Numbered from the stretch's first letter, positions 1 through 40,092 are shown. The stretch is 64,000 nucleotides of DNA from Octopus vulgaris (GCA_951406725.2 OX597822.1:93062001-93126000); one strand, 5' to 3'. Program-made: numbers and translations. The notes: generated by a model from the sequence alone, not told the origin.

Positions 1-1132
1 TTCTCCCACCAATTTGAGACTCTGTGGTCATGGTTGCTACCCTGCTTCCTCTAAATTATATAAAAGCAAGCAAAAAAACTCAGAAACCAGACAAGATCCT
101 TAAAGGTATTTAATCGTGTGTATTTAAAGACTTTTGCTCAAATCCCTTGATGATGCGCTTAAATCCAGTCAAAGGTCAATAAAATAAATACCAGTTTCGT
201 AATGAGTTAATGCCATGAATTGTAATTTTAAATGTTGTTGTTGTTATTGTTATTATTATTATTATTATTATCATCATTATATTTTAAAAGGATTGACATA
301 ACTCTTCACAAAGGTAAACAGACAAGACAAAGAGCATTCTTTGTCTTGTCTATTATCATTATTATCCCCAAATATTCAGAGCCTTTAGTAGAAATAATAA
401 TAATAATAATAATTGGTAGCGGACTGCCAGGATTGTTAGTGTGTTGGACAAAATGCTTAGCAATATTTTGTCTGTCTTTATGTTCTGAGTTCAAATTCCA
501 CTGAGGTTGACTTTACTTTTCATCCTTTTGGGGTTGATAAAACCAGTACCAGTACCAGTTACGCACTGGGTCAATGCAAATGACTAGCCTCCCACCTTCC
601 CACCAAAATTCTAGTCCTTGGACCTTTAGTAGAAAGGATCATTTATTACTGTTGTTGTTATTGAAGTAAGGCGACGAGCTGGCAGAAATGTTAGCATGTC
701 AGGCGAAACGCTTAGCAGTATTTCGTTTGTCTTTACGTTCTGAGTTCAAATTCCGCCAAGGTCAACTTTGCCGTTCATCCTTTTGGAGTCGATAAATTAA
801 GTACCAGTTGCGTACTAGAGTTGATATAATCGACTGCCCCCCACTCCCCCAAAATTTTAAGCCTTGTGCCTTGTACCTAGATTTTTATTATGATTATTAT
901 TCAAGTAGCTTTACAGTATGTAGTTGTGTCTCCTCAAGTTCTGGTTTCAAATAATGGTGATGCTAACTTCACTTTTAGCTTTCCAGATTTAATTAAATAA
1001 GTACCAGTCAGATTATGAAGTTTCTTTAATTAACTGCCACCTCTCCCTGCATACATGGCCTTGTGTCAAAATTTTTATTATTATTGTTGTTGTTGTAATT
1101 ATGACTTTGATGATTGTAATTATTGTTGTAAG

Positions 1133-26104
<24,972 letters not shown>

Positions 26105-26193
26105 CCCTTGGCCTGGCATTTTTTTTAATTCATTTTTTTTTTTTTTGTATAAAACAGAAGGCACAAGCAAATTTACCTGTGTGCATGTGTGTT

Positions 26194-26248
<55 letters not shown>

Positions 26249-26641
26249 ATATGTGTGTGTGTATGAGTGTGTGTGTGCATGTATGTATATATGTAAATAT
26301 ATAAATGTGCATTAATGCAGTGTGCATGGCGCACACACCACGTGTGTATGTGTGTATGCATTTGTGTGAATATGTGTGTGTGTGTGTGTTTATTTGTACA
26401 CAAAGAAAAAATACTGGTGACGGTGAAGAGGGAGGTGGGTGGGAGACATAGCTTCATGGCATGCAGTGTGTGTTTCCTAATATGGTGTGTAACATCCTTC
26501 CCCCCACTCTCTCTCTCTCTCTCTCTCTTCCTGCTCCTCCTCCTCCCTTTTATATTGCAGTGCCAATGCATTTTATTGGTGTGTTGTTTTTTTTTTTTAA
26601 TTTTTCTGAAGGCAGGTAGAGGAATATCTATGCACCATACA

Positions 26642-26680
<39 letters not shown>

Positions 26681-27842
26681 CACACACACACACACAAAGT
26701 AAACGCTTAAACTGTATGCTGCTCCTTGACCCCACACATCCATTGGAGCTAGGTAGGATTGACCCTACGAACCTTCTGGTGTCTAAATGCCTGTCACACC
26801 TTCTTAGAAAAGTCAAAAATAACAGGGCTGTATGATAAGGATTGCAGAAAGTGTGTCTGTGTGTCCATATACTCACAGGCACAAATATCTGTGCGTGTGT
26901 GTGTATATAAATAAATATATGAAAGTGTACATATATAGGCGTAGGAGTGGCGGTGTGGTAAGTAGATTGCTTATGAACCACATGGTTCTGGGTTCAGTCC
27001 CACTGCGTGGCACCTCAGGCAAGTGTCTTCTGCAATAGTGGATTTGGTAGACGGGAACTGAAAGAAGCCCATCGTATACATGTATATCTATATATATGTA
27101 TGTGTGTGTATATGTTTGTTTGTCTGTGGTTGTTCCCCCAACGTCACTTGACAACTGATGCTGGTGTGTTTACGTCCCTGTAACTTAGTGGTTCGGCTAA
27201 AGAGACCGATAGAATAAGTACTAGGCTTAAAAAGAATAAGTCCTGGAGTCGATTTACTCGGCTAAAGGTGATGCTCCAGCATGACTGAAACAAGTAAAAG
27301 TGTAAAGAGTAAAAGAGTATATATTTGTGTGTGTGAGTGTATATATATATAAATAAGCGGGCATGGCTGTGTGGTTAGGGAGCTTGCTTCCTAGCTATAT
27401 GGTTTCGGGTTCAGTCCCACTGCGTGGCACTTTGGGTAGGTGTCTTCCACTATAGCCCCGAGCCGACCGGAGCTTTGTGATTGAATTCGGTAGGTGGAAG
27501 TTACTGCCATGTGTGTATGTGTGCGTATAGCTGCTCAGTGCCTCTCCAAAAGAGAGAGAGGGAAATATATGTAAGTGTACATATATATTTGTGTGTATGA
27601 ATTTGTATATATATGTATATGTCATAATGAAAAGAAAAACTTTTCACACAAACTAGGGAATATTTCGGTTTATAACCGTGGAATACCTTGATTGTGCGTT
27701 CAGTGTTATTAGAAGCAAAGCATTTTGAATAATTGGTAAATCTTGAGTTGCATATATTCATGGTCGTCGAAAGAATCTCATTTCAAGAATCAAACATTCG
27801 AAACGACAGACTTACATTCAGGATTCAAGATGCTTTTACTGA

Positions 27843-27928
<86 letters not shown>

Positions 27929-28203
27929 TGCGTGCGTGTATAGGCCCCTGATATTTAAAATAAAGTGTTAACACTTAAGGTGTGCAAATTAGTAGCCCCC
28001 ACTTTTTTCTTCTGGCTACTGTAATCGTTGAGTATATAAACAGCTTGACTGCTTATTTCTCTGGAATTGGTCAAACCGATGTAGACACCTGTGATGTGAG
28101 TCCAATAAGACTCCGAAATCAATTTACGTTGTTCATCATTTTCCCAATTTATGGAGAAACAGCTATATTAGTCCTGTTTATTAAAACAAAGGTACTATAT
28201 AGG

Positions 28204-28441
<238 letters not shown>

Positions 28442-28459
28442 GTATATAGATGCACACAC

Positions 28460-28574
28460 ATACCTGTGGGTGTTTAATATAAGAAGTGGCTTCCTAAATA
28501 TTTATATTTATACACTCACACAGACAAATGTATATACCTGTGAGTGTTTCATATAAGAAGTGACTTCCTGTGTG

Positions 28575-28610
<36 letters not shown>

Positions 28611-28932
28611 TTCACACATAAGAGCACATATATCTAAAGGTGTTTGATGTAAGAAGTGGCTTCCTAAATATATATGTATACACACACACAGATTAACAGA
28701 TGTATATAGCTGTTGGTTTTTATTATAAGAAGTGTCTTCTTAAGTATACACACACACACACACACACACACACATATGCGAGTGTTTAATATAATAAGTG
28801 GCTTTCTAAATACATGTATACACACACACGCACACACGCACACACACACATATATAACTGAATGTTTAATATAACAAGTGGCTTTCTAAATATATACACT
28901 CCTACACACATAGCTGTGATTGCTTAATATAA
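28460..28932. repeat. Degenerate ~60-70-bp minisatellite
   Basis: About seven copies of gtgtttaatataagaagtggcttcctaaata separated by (CA)n. Confidence 0.8.
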
Positions 28933-29194
28933 AGTCTGTGGAGCGGTCAGCTTCGTAAAGGAAACAAAAAGGACTGTTTCAATCCATTTTTAAATTTGAT
29001 GTTTCACTCCCAGTGACCTTTGTCCAGCTTTGACCCTTGTAAGGGATGTCAGGTGACTTATTTCCAAACGAGTACTCTATGTTCATTGGCTTCTCAGTCC
29101 TTATATCATTTGATACCCCTGCATTTCTCACTGTGATATTAGTTTAACATAAATCTCCGTAAACCAATGAGTTTTATTAGTCTAATTATTATTT

Positions 29195-29243
<49 letters not shown>

Positions 29244-30572
29244 GGTGGTGAGCTGGCAGAATTGTTAGCATGCTGAACAAAATGCTTGGCATCATTTCAT
29301 CCGTCTTCATGTTCTGAGTTCAAATGCTGCTGAGGTTGACTTTGCCTTTCATACTTTGATAAATTAAGTACCAGGGTGCGGGGGGAGGGCAATGTAATTG
29401 ACTTGTTCCCCTCATTGAAATTGCTGGCCTTGTGTCAAAATTTGAAACCATTATTATTTCCAGAGTAGATTAGACACTACCAGTAATATACTGAGGTTGA
29501 TTTTCTCACCTACACTTTTCACTCCTGCAAAAAACAATTGGCTGTAGGTTTATTATGAGTGAAAATGATAATAATAATAATAGTTTTGACTGTTATTTCC
29601 AGCAGGTACACATACGTAGTATGTTCTTTGGTTAATTTTAATCCTTCAGCTATTTAATGCTTGTTTTGGGCCTGCAATTGCCTATATTACTGATTCTGTT
29701 ATTATCATTTTTAAATTGTTACACTAGATAATAATAGAGTCACTGATATCTTTGTAAGTTATTTTTTTCTTGTGAATTATTTGCTCTGTATTAATAATAA
29801 TAATAATAATGATGATAATAATAATAATAATCGTAAAATAGGTTTTTAATTTAGACTCAGAGGCAGCACTTTTGAGGGGGTTGTGCGTCATTGATCCTGT
29901 TGATGTGAAAATAGAACTGGTACTTTATTTTATTGGCCTCAAAAGATGAAATATCATTCAAGCTGAAGAAAAGATCAGAAATGCTTTGCTTCATGCAGAA
30001 ACGGCAGAAACTTCTCAGAGATTTTCCAAGCTTTTCTAAATCTGTTGCAATACTGGAAACCTGTCTGTATCATCAGCCAGTATCCTAGGGTCACAAGTTT
30101 TTTTGCCACTTGGCCCGTATGCTTCACCATAGTGGGGTAGCGAGAACTGAATTAGTCTCCAGTTAAGGAAGGTTTCCACAAGTGGTGTGTTGCCAACCAA
30201 AGCTATCTGAAACTATTTTCAGCTGCCATACATAGTTCCTTGGTGGCTTTTTTCAGTCTGCCTGGATTCCAGACGTATTATTTTCTGCAGGAAAGAGCGC
30301 ACCAATCGAGATGGAAAGGTGTGGCTGCTAACATCAGTGGCAAATAGTAATGATAATATAATAACAACAACAGCAACTACAATAATAATAATAATAATAA
30401 TAATAATGCTTCAAATTATTTTTTTGTAATAGTAATTACGATCATGAACATGGTTATCATCATCATCACCATCAGATGTGAACCCTGGCTGAACCAATAG
30501 AGCTTTGACTCTCATATATGCGTGTGAGCTAGTACAAAGAACACACTTAATAATGTGTATGTGTGTGTGTGG

Positions 30573-30632
<60 letters not shown>

Positions 30633-31130
30633 TATATACATACATGCATACATACACACATACATATGCACACGCACAGATGTATACAGAGTCAGGGATT
30701 TATGTCAGCATGCCTATCCCTCTTTCCATATCCCTCCTTGCTCTCTCTGTCTCTCTCTCTTTCTTCCTCTCCCTCCCCCCTATCTTTTTAGTTCTGCTGT
30801 ACTGTCTTGTTAGAAGTTTCTTTTAAAAAATCCTTTGGTATCTCGCTCAATGATGTAATTCTTTGCTGGAAACCTACTTCGACATATACACATACATACA
30901 TATATATATATATATGTGCGTGTGGGTGTGTATGTATGTATGTATGTATGTGCATGCATACACACGTACTAACATACAAGTATCTGAGGGTGCAACTGGG
31001 TGTTTATATGTTTATCAGTGTGTGTATATAATATATATACACACATGCATACATATATAAATATAATAAACACATACACATATATGTATATATTTTTGGG
31101 TAAACATATGTGTCACTGTATCAGTAGCTG

Positions 31131-31180
<50 letters not shown>

Positions 31181-31863
31181 TACACATGTTTACGTGTGTG
31201 TATATGCATATCAGTAGATCTGTCTATGAATGTACTTCAAAGTGTGCTTGATATATAAATATATGTATATATATATATATATGCACACACACATATAAAA
31301 TTTTTAAATGGTTTAGATATTTTTAAGTAGGTAGTTTTGTGTGATTGTATGTATGTATATATGAACAGGTTTTCAAGACAATTTGCCTTATAAATGTACG
31401 CTCCTTAAATTACAAATTATATATATATATGTATAATTATTGAATATTTTTTCATATTTTTGAATAGAGTAAAAACGAACACACATACACACACAGGTAC
31501 ACAAATTGATTACAGAAGGACAAAAGATTACACAAATAAAGAAAGCTATGTGTGGGGTGTGTATGCCTGTGTGTCTGTACATGAGGTTTGGATGCATGGG
31601 TGAATGTGCATATATATATATACATATATATACATATATATATATATATGTATATATGTTTGCTTTATCGGAAATCTTTAATAAAAAAGGTAAAAACAAA
31701 ACAAAATCAAAGACTTTGAACAAACTTATTGAAAAATATATAAAAATCAAATAAAATCTAAGAATATTTCAAATTGTTTTTGTTTTTTAAATTTTTCTGG
31801 TTGTCTTTGTTTCTTTGCTTTATTTTCCACTTTTATATGATTGTTGGGCCAGTTGATCATCAA

Positions 31864-31910
<47 letters not shown>

Positions 31911-32301
31911 GCATTGGTGTGGCTGTGTGCTAAGAAGCTTGCTTCTAATCCACATTGTTCCAGGTTTAGTCCCACTGCATGGCACCTTGGGCAAGTGTCT
32001 ACTATAGTCTCGAGCTGGCCAAAGCCTTGTGAGTATGTGAGGAGAGAGAGTAAGAGAGAAGAGAGAGAGGTTGAAAGATTAAGAGAGAAGAGAGAAAGAG
32101 AAAAAGAGAGTAAGAGGGAAAGAGAGTAGGGGTGAAGAGAAGTAGAAGTTGGGGCAAGAGAGGAGAGTTGGGTAGGAGAGAAGGAGAGCGGAGAGTAGGG
32201 GTGAAGAGATAAAGGAGTGAAGAGAAGTAGGAGTCAGGGCAAGAGAGTACAGTTGGGTGGGAGGAAGTAGGAGGGAGGGGGAAAGAGGCAAGGCGACGAG
32301 G

Positions 32302-35075
32302 TTAGATGAGGGGAGGAGAGTTGAGCACAAATGGCGTAAAAGAGCAAAGAGAGAAGATTAATCCCTGTTCACGGTGCAAACGGAAGTCCAGATGGCCTCT
32401 GTGCAAGGACGATCTGAACACAGATAGGTGTTGCAAGGAGTGACCTGTGGAGCGGAAATGGCGTGAGACCGGGATGTCATTGCCGAGGCGGATGTCTCGG
32501 AAGTGTTCCGCAATCCGGTCAGCTAAGCGGCATCCTGTTTGTCCGATGTACAGAGAGAGCAGGAAATGCGATAGATGATATTGCTGAAGGTACAGGTGAA
32601 GGAGTCGGTGATGCGATAGGGTCGATGATGGGTGTCGGTGAGGAGGGTGGTGTTGGAGAGGTAAGGGCAAGTACGGAAGCATGGGCTGGAGCAGGGGAAC
32701 GAGCCAGGTTGGAAAAGAAGCTGTGGACCAAGAGGTCTCGTAGGTTGTGGGCTCGTTTGAAGGAGGGGAGGGGTCGGTTAGGGAAGATGTGTGAAGTGGA
32801 CGGGTCGGACTGGAGATGCCGGAAAGCTCGGAAAATGATGTGTTGGAGATGTAGGGTGGTGGGGTGGTAAGTGAGAGGAAAAGGGAGGTGGGGGACTGCA
32901 GGGTGGGTTCAGGGGGAGAGAGCAGATACACGGTTCACGGAACATGCTCTGGCAAGGGCGGTGTGGATAGTGGTGAGGGGATATCCACGTAGGATGAAGT
33001 GGCGAGCCATGAGTTGAGACTGAGTCTCAAAATCATGGTCGTCACTACAGAGCCTGTGTAGACGGAGGAATAGGGGATGGAAAGCTTGGTGTGTTTAGGG
33101 TGGGAGGAGGAGAAGTTGAAGTGTGAGTCTGTGTTTGTAGTGGATGGAGATGGTAAGAGTGGAGTGATGAATGCTAACCACAATGTCAAGAAAGGAGACA
33201 GGTGTCAGAAATAGTGCAGGAGAAGTGGAGGGCAGGATGGAAAAATTTGACGAAAGAGAGGAAGGAGTCTAGATGTTCGCGGGAGAGTGAGGTGGCACCG
33301 ATACAGTCGTCAATATAACGGCCATATAGTTCGTGAGTGGGACCAGTGAAACAGGAGAATATTTGGGCCTCAACATAGCCAACGAACAGGTTCACATAGT
33401 TGGGGCCCATTCTCGTTCCCATGGTCACTCCCGAGACCAGCCGGTAGAACGAGAAGCAGTTGAGTGAGAGGACAAGTTCGGCCAGACGAACGACTGTGGA
33501 GGTATCGGGTTGGGGTTTTGTCGGAGGTCCAGGAAGTGTTTCAGTGCACGCATCCCCTCGTGGTGACGGATCTCAGTGTAGAGGCTCTGGATGTCCAGTG
33601 TAAAGAGAAGTTTGGAGGAGGTAGGAGGGAAGGAGAAAGAGTTGAATAAACGAAGAGCATGGTTGGTGTCATGGATGTAAGAAGGAAGAGAAGCCACTAG
33701 GGGAGGGCGAGGACACGGTCGGGATATTTGGAGATAAGCTTGGTGGGGCAGTTACAGGCGGAGACGATGGGGCGGCCAGGGTTGTTGGGTTTGTGGATTT
33801 TGGGGAGGAAGTAAATGGTGGGGGTTCGGACAATGAGGTTGGATGCGGTGTGGAGGAGACGGGAGGACGAGGTGAGGTCATGGATGGTAGAAGAGACCGT
33901 CTGTTGGTAGCTGGGCGTGAGGTCAGAGGGCAGTAGAAGGAGGTGTCATGAAGTTGGCGGAGAGCTTCGGCCTTGTAGAGGTCTGCACGCCATACCACTA
34001 CTGCTCCACCCTTGTCGACCGGTTTAATAACGATGTCAGTGCGCCGTTGGAGGGAACGAAGAGCCGAGAGTTCGGCTGGGGAGATGTTGAGACGACAGGG
34101 ACGCCTGAAGAAGTTGAACCGGTCCACAGCGCGCTGGCAGGCGCCCGCAAAAAGATCCACTGCTTGGAACTGGCCAGGAGCAGGCGTCCACTGGGGTGGA
34201 CGGCGGCCCAGGTCAGTGAAGCAGCCCTCCTCGTTTGATGCGGGTGGAGTGTCGCGGAAAAGCGCACACAATCTAATGCGGCACACAAAGCTGTGGATAT
34301 CAGTACGAGTCTGAAATTCCTTACAGGATGGAGTGAAGGGGATGAAACACTGACCCCTACTGAGGATGGAGCGCTACGTCACAGAGAGGGGAAGATCTGG
34401 GGCAATGGTAACAACAGACTGAAGTGGAGAGGGGGTGGATGGAATAAAAGTGGGAGGGTGGAGGTAGGAGGGGTGGTAGGACTGATGGAAGCCTGGGAGG
34501 GAGGGGAGGGATGTATGAGGGGATTTGGAGGGACAGGGGGGTTGGGTGTGAATGGGTGGAGCATATCAGGGAGGGAGAAGGGTACTGGAGGAGTTGGGGT
34601 AGTGGCATCGAGTTTGATGGAATGAAGGAGTGAGTGGAGTTTACGAAGTTTGGTGTTGGCAGGAAATTGATGAAAGAGATGATTTAAATGAATTATATAA
34701 CGGAACGTGTTGTGAGCATGGAAGGGCGGCAGAGAGGAGAAAAAGATGGAAAAAGCAGGAGGGAGAAGGCGGTCGATGGTATGTATTTTAGAGAGGTTGG
34801 AGCGAATGGTGGTACGCATAAGGCGGTAAGATGTGGTACGGGGTATGGGTAGGATGGATGAAGCAGAGTGGGGTGGAAATGGAGGCGGAAACCTTTCGGG
34901 ATGAGGCGGTGATGTAAGCAGCGACTGAGAAATGAAACGTGGCTGAAGAAGCGAGTTTTTTGAAAATGAGGAAAGAGAGGTTAATGGACGGCTGAAAGCA
35001 GTGGGAAGTAAGTAAGCAGAGGTACTATTTTAGGCGATGGTGAAGAGTGAGGAGATAGGATTTGTAGTCCGGCAT
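32302..35075 (-). mobile_element. Decayed Penelope-like retroelement (RT + GIY-YIG endonuclease), frameshifted
   Basis: Fragmented ORFs with PLE motifs in order: IVIKPVDKGGAVVV, LFTLDIQSLYT, MGTRMGPNY.NLF, RYIDD, then LYIGQTG..L..R..EH...HF...H...RE..LI. Putative ATG at 35075. Confidence 0.9.
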
Positions 35076-35212
35076 GGTGGAATAAGAAAGAGGAAAAAGA
35101 AAAAAAAAAATTAGCGGGGAGGAAATTAAACGTGGAAAGGAAACATACAAAGGGTGTGGGGAGAAAGAAGCACAAGCATGGAAGAAAAAAAATAAATAAA
35201 ATAAAAACAAAT

Positions 35213-35615
35213 AGGCGCAAGAGTGGCTGTGTGGTAAGCAGCTTGTTTACCAACCACATCGTTCCGGGTTCAGTCCCACTGCGTGGCATCTTGGGCAAGT
35301 GTCTTCTGCTATTGCCCCGGGCCGACCAATGCCTTGTGAGTGGATTTGGTAGACGGAAACTGAAAGAAGCTTGTCGTATATATGTATATATATATGTATG
35401 TGTGTGTATGTGTGTCTGTGTTTGTTCCCCTAGCATTGCTTGACAACCGATGCTGGTGTGTTTACGTCCCCGTCACTTAGCGGTTCGGCAAAAAGAGACC
35501 GATAGAATAAGTACTGGGCTTACAAAAAGAATAAGTCCCGGGGTCGTGTTGCTCGACTAAAGGCGGTGCTCCAGCATGGCCGCAGTCAAATGACTGAAAC
35601 AAGTAAAGAGTAAAT
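35213..35615 (+). mobile_element. tRNA-derived SINE family B (CORE-like central domain, internal microsatellite)
   Basis: tggctgtgtggtaag A box, ggttcagtccc B box, CORE-like ca(t/c)cttgggcaagtgtctt, tail tgactgaaacaagtaaa. Other copies lie near 7836-8245, 21477-21895, 26937-27318, 57634-58145, 61467-61925 (+) and 5915-6180, 12735-13080, 37475-37805, 53245-53540, 59190-59340 (-). Confidence 0.85.
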
Positions 35616-35811
35616 AAAAATAAAATAAAAATATAAATATGTATGTATATATAAATATGTATGTATAAATGTGTATGTATATATATATATGTATATATAT
35701 GTATGTATATATATGTATATATATAGGTATGTATGTAAAGGCTTCGAATGACCCGTCTGTGTCTTTTGCATCGTCTTCTGGATGTTTTGCGTTCTTGTCC
35801 CATTTTGTATG

Positions 35812-35869
<58 letters not shown>

Positions 35870-35960
35870 ATGAGATGAATGAGTAAAAACAACAAAAAAA
35901 ATAACAAAAGGATAAGGTTTTACAAAGGTGTTATTAGTACACCGTTTGAAAGGAAAGGCA

Positions 35961-35998
35961 CTTTGACGTTTCGGTTGCTAGTCCTGCATCAGGAAAAA
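35961..35998 (-). ncRNA. Degenerate minimal hammerhead motif in the upstream pseudo-LTR of the Penelope-like element
   Basis: Minus strand: ctttttc CTGATGC a gg actagcaa cc GAAA cg TC aaag. Core A9 is changed to C. The position upstream of the PLE ORF is as expected for a pLTR. Confidence 0.5.
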
Positions 35999-36956
35999 GA
36001 AGAAAAGTGGAGAAAGAATGTTTAGGGACCAAGTGGGAATGCAGTTCATGGGGGAGAGTAAGCAAAACGGAGAATGCTGTACTGAGAATGTATAAGAGGA
36101 CCCCCATGTTGGAAGATGGGCCCAGCGGAGGTGATTAAATGTGTGGGTGGGGGGAATGCAGGTGGTCGCTACGTGTGTGTTGAGGTGTGTAAGAGTGTGA
36201 TGAAGGGTGGGGAGGAAAGTGAATAGGTGTGAATGCGGCGTTGGTAAGATGGAGGCGTGGAAATAGGAGAAAGCAGTATATTGAGAAAGATATAACGTGA
36301 AACCAGGTTGAAGTTTCGGGAAAGTTACAAAGTTGAAAATAATGTGAAAATGTAAGAAAAGAGATGTTGGGTATAATATCCAAAGAAAAGGTAGTTGAAT
36401 GTGTCATGATCATTATCATCATCGTCATCATCATCGCTTTCCATGCTGGCATGCGTTGGACGGTTTGACTGAGGACTGGAAAGCCAGGAGGCTGCACCAG
36501 GCTCCAATCTGATCTGGCAAAGTTTCTACAGCTGGATGCTCTTCCTAACACCAACCACTATAAAAGTGTTGTAGGTGCTTTTTACATGCCACTGATACAG
36601 GAGCTAGTCAGGCGGCACTGGCATCAACCACGCTTGAATAGTGTGACCTTTTTTAAAACAATATTTTTTATAATTCACTCTTAAAAACAATATTTCTATT
36701 TTATGTCCTGACGCATTCAACGACCTCTTTTTCAGATATTATAGCCAACATCTCTTTTATTCCATTTCCACATTATTTTTGACTTTGTATCTATCCGTAA
36801 CATTCTGCCTGGTTTTACGTAGTAATATTTTTTTTTATTCAGAGAATTATATTTAAAAAAATGTTTTAAAAAAGGGATTGTATAAAAGGAAATGACTATT
36901 TTTAGTTTTCACAACGAGAGATATTTAGCAATAGTACTTTTGAGTAAAGATTTTTG

Positions 36957-37242
36957 CCAACATAACATGGCAGTCCTGGTTTAGGACGAATGTTGCTGTA
37001 ATTTAGCCCCAGGAGACATCGTCTCCAGATGGCTGTACGGCACGATCTTTGTCCTTATATTTTCGAACAAGGGAATCCAGCACCCCCACTCAGATATTGT
37101 TTTCAGCTGAGTGGGGTGCTAGATTCCCTTGTTCGAAAATATAAGGACACAGATCGTGCCGTATAGCCAGCTGGGGACAATGTCTCCTGGGGCTAAATTA
37201 CAGCAACATTCGTCCTAAACCAGGACTGCCATGTTATGTTGG
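36957..37242. repeat. 286-bp near-perfect inverted repeat (foldback)
   Basis: Arms 36957-37093 and 37107-37242 with a 13-nt loop and few mismatches. Confidence 0.9.
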
Positions 37243-37880
37243 TAAACAATTTTTACTGTATAAAAAGAGTTGATAAAAACGTATTTTCACGCAAGTAGAG
37301 AGTAATTTTGTGGTTGGGATCAGAGTAATAACAGTAATGGAATCCAATGTAGAAGTTGAAGATTTGTAGGCAAGGTCAGTGAATGGAATTGAAGTTCGTA
37401 AGATGCAAAGGTAGTATCCAGTGTTGGCAGGGTGATGTAGGATTACTTTAAAGACTGGTAAGGCCACGTAGGGGAACCGCCTTGAAAGCTTCTGTTGAAC
37501 AAATCAACCTCAGGACTTATTTTTTCCAAAGCCTAGTACTTATGGTACTTGCTGAACCGCTAAGTTGCGGGGACATAAATGCACTAACACCAGCTGTGAA
37601 GCGGTAAAGGTGGACACGCACACTCACACGCACGCATCCACAGCGGGCTTCTTTCAGCTTCCACCTACCAAATCCACTCACAAGGCTTTGGTCAGACCCG
37701 AGGCTACAGAAGACATTTGTCCAAAGTGCCATGCAGTAGGACTGAACCCGGAGCCATGTGGTTGGGAAGCAAGCTTCTTACACCACACAGCCACGCCCAC
37801 ACCTATATACATATATATATCAAAGCTCTGAGTGGATTTGGTAGACAGCGGAAACTGAAAGAAGCTCATTATATATACAT

Positions 37881-37918
<38 letters not shown>

Positions 37919-39781
37919 GCATATGTATATATATATATATCTATATATGTGTGTGTGTGTGTGTGTGTGTAGTTCTATGTGAGTGCTTGTTTTTGTGTAT
38001 GTGTTTGTCCCCCACCTCTACTTGATAACCTGTGTTGGTGTGTTTACATCCCCGAAACTTAGTGGTTCGGCAAAGCAGACTGATAGCATAGGTACAAAGC
38101 TTAAAAGAATTATGTACTGGGATTGATTCATTCGACTAAATTTCTTCAAGGTGGTGCCCCAGCATGACCGCAGTCCTGTGACTGAAATAACAAAAGATAA
38201 AAGATCTATGTCTCTATCTGTCTCTATCTATCTATCTGTCTGTCTACACATATATGACATCCTTTTTGCAGCTTTTGTCAGAAGGCTTTGAGCGGCTCGA
38301 GGCTATAGTAAAACCCACTTTTGCCTAGTGTGTCGCGCAGTGAGACTGAGCCCGAAACCAAGTAGTTGGGAGGCAAACTTCTTAACCACACAGCTGGATT
38401 GAGAAGCTCTACATTGGCAACCATCCAACCCCCAATTCTTAGATAAAACGGGGGGACAAATTTTAGCATGCTAAAAGTGCTTCTTTTGAATTTTAAAGCG
38501 GTCTTCCCGATCCAAGGAAGACAACCTATATTGTTGACACTTCGGGGCATTCAACCACTTTTTAGTCTGTTGACGTCTCTGATGAACCAAAGGACCAACA
38601 AAATGAAACCACGGTTTGGAATATGTTATCTTTATATTAAGCTCGCATAAATTAACCTATATTATACTCTACACTTGTCTAATAGATGAAGTTAAACTGA
38701 AATCTGCCATACTGTGACTAAAGTTTCATGTTACTGATTCTCAAACAAATATGTGTCTATGTATACATTTGTGTTTATACGTGTGTCTACATAAATATGG
38801 ATGTAAATGTGTGTATACATGTATATGATAAAAATGTTACGATAATAAAACATACAGAAAAACGAGTATCTATTGCGGAACGCTGATGACGCGTTTTGCA
38901 AGATTATTTATTATTTCTAATAGTGTTATGTAACTATAACGGCATTTGGATGAAACTCGTGCATGTGCTATAAGGCATTGAATATCGTAGCTGTTTGCTG
39001 TATGTTGTTATCTATATTACTTGACTGGCACTCCACACTTGTCTATTCTGAGGTTGATGTCCTGCATCTTATTTCATTGGACATAAGAACTGAATGCGGA
39101 ACCATCTTCTGAACCTTGGGGTTACGTGTCGCTTGTTTCTGCCCCTTGATTTGATACATACATACATACATACATACATACATACATACATACATACATA
39201 CATACATACATACATACATAACCTGCGCTAAAGAGAAAATCCGCCTGCAGACTTCTTTTTAAAAATTAGAAAGAGGGGGCGTTTGTAACATGTCATTTGG
39301 AAAAACCAGGTACTGATCTAGGAAACGTTTGACGACCTCTGCTTTAAGTCTGGTGTTCTTCATCTTTTTACCTATCCATGTCTCTAATGGATTGTTCGTT
39401 GTGTCCCAAAACTCCCTTCATTTGACTGACAAAACATCGCTACAGGTCTTGCCAAGTGAGAGTTTAACTTCTAAAAATACTAACCGCTTGGTTTTACTTT
39501 ACACATGAATAACTAGGAACGAAACGGAACAAGAAAGAAAATAGCGAGGATTTTGTCATTTATTTATAGAAAACAATGCGAGAGATCGAGTCCCATGCCG
39601 TCTGCCTTTGGTTCCGCTACCCCCGATAAATATGGATTTTTCTTCTTTTTAATCCTTTAGTTTCATGTGGAATTTAGGCCGTCAACAATAGATCTCCGAA
39701 TGTCTTAATCTTTGGCAATGGAATGCAATTCTACCCAGGAATGGCGGCCTGTCAGTGCTGCAGTTTTCTGCGAGGGATAAG

Positions 39782-39833
<52 letters not shown>

Positions 39834-40092
39834 TATATATGGATGGATGGATAGATATTGGTTACGGTTCAGCTTAGCATTCCTTGATTTCAAATGTTGT
39901 ATCTTTAGGGAATCTTTCATGCGATCTTCAGATAAGAATGCGACACCAAAGCTGTTCAGCTGGGCTATAACCAACATATTCAATGATGTTTGCACAATCC
40001 ATCTATTAAATTATTTAAAACTTGGTTCGTAGTTTAACCGTGTAGAATACATCTTATAGCATACACGCACGCAGACAGACGCACATACGCAG

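Noticed and set aside
29950-30345. Unique-looking segment as an extra exon
   Set aside because: No sustained ORF with matching splice sites on either strand; likely UTR or intergenic.
38878-38965. CTGATGA...GAAAC hammerhead-like spacing
   Set aside because: No convincing stem I or II pairing and no valid NUH triplet.
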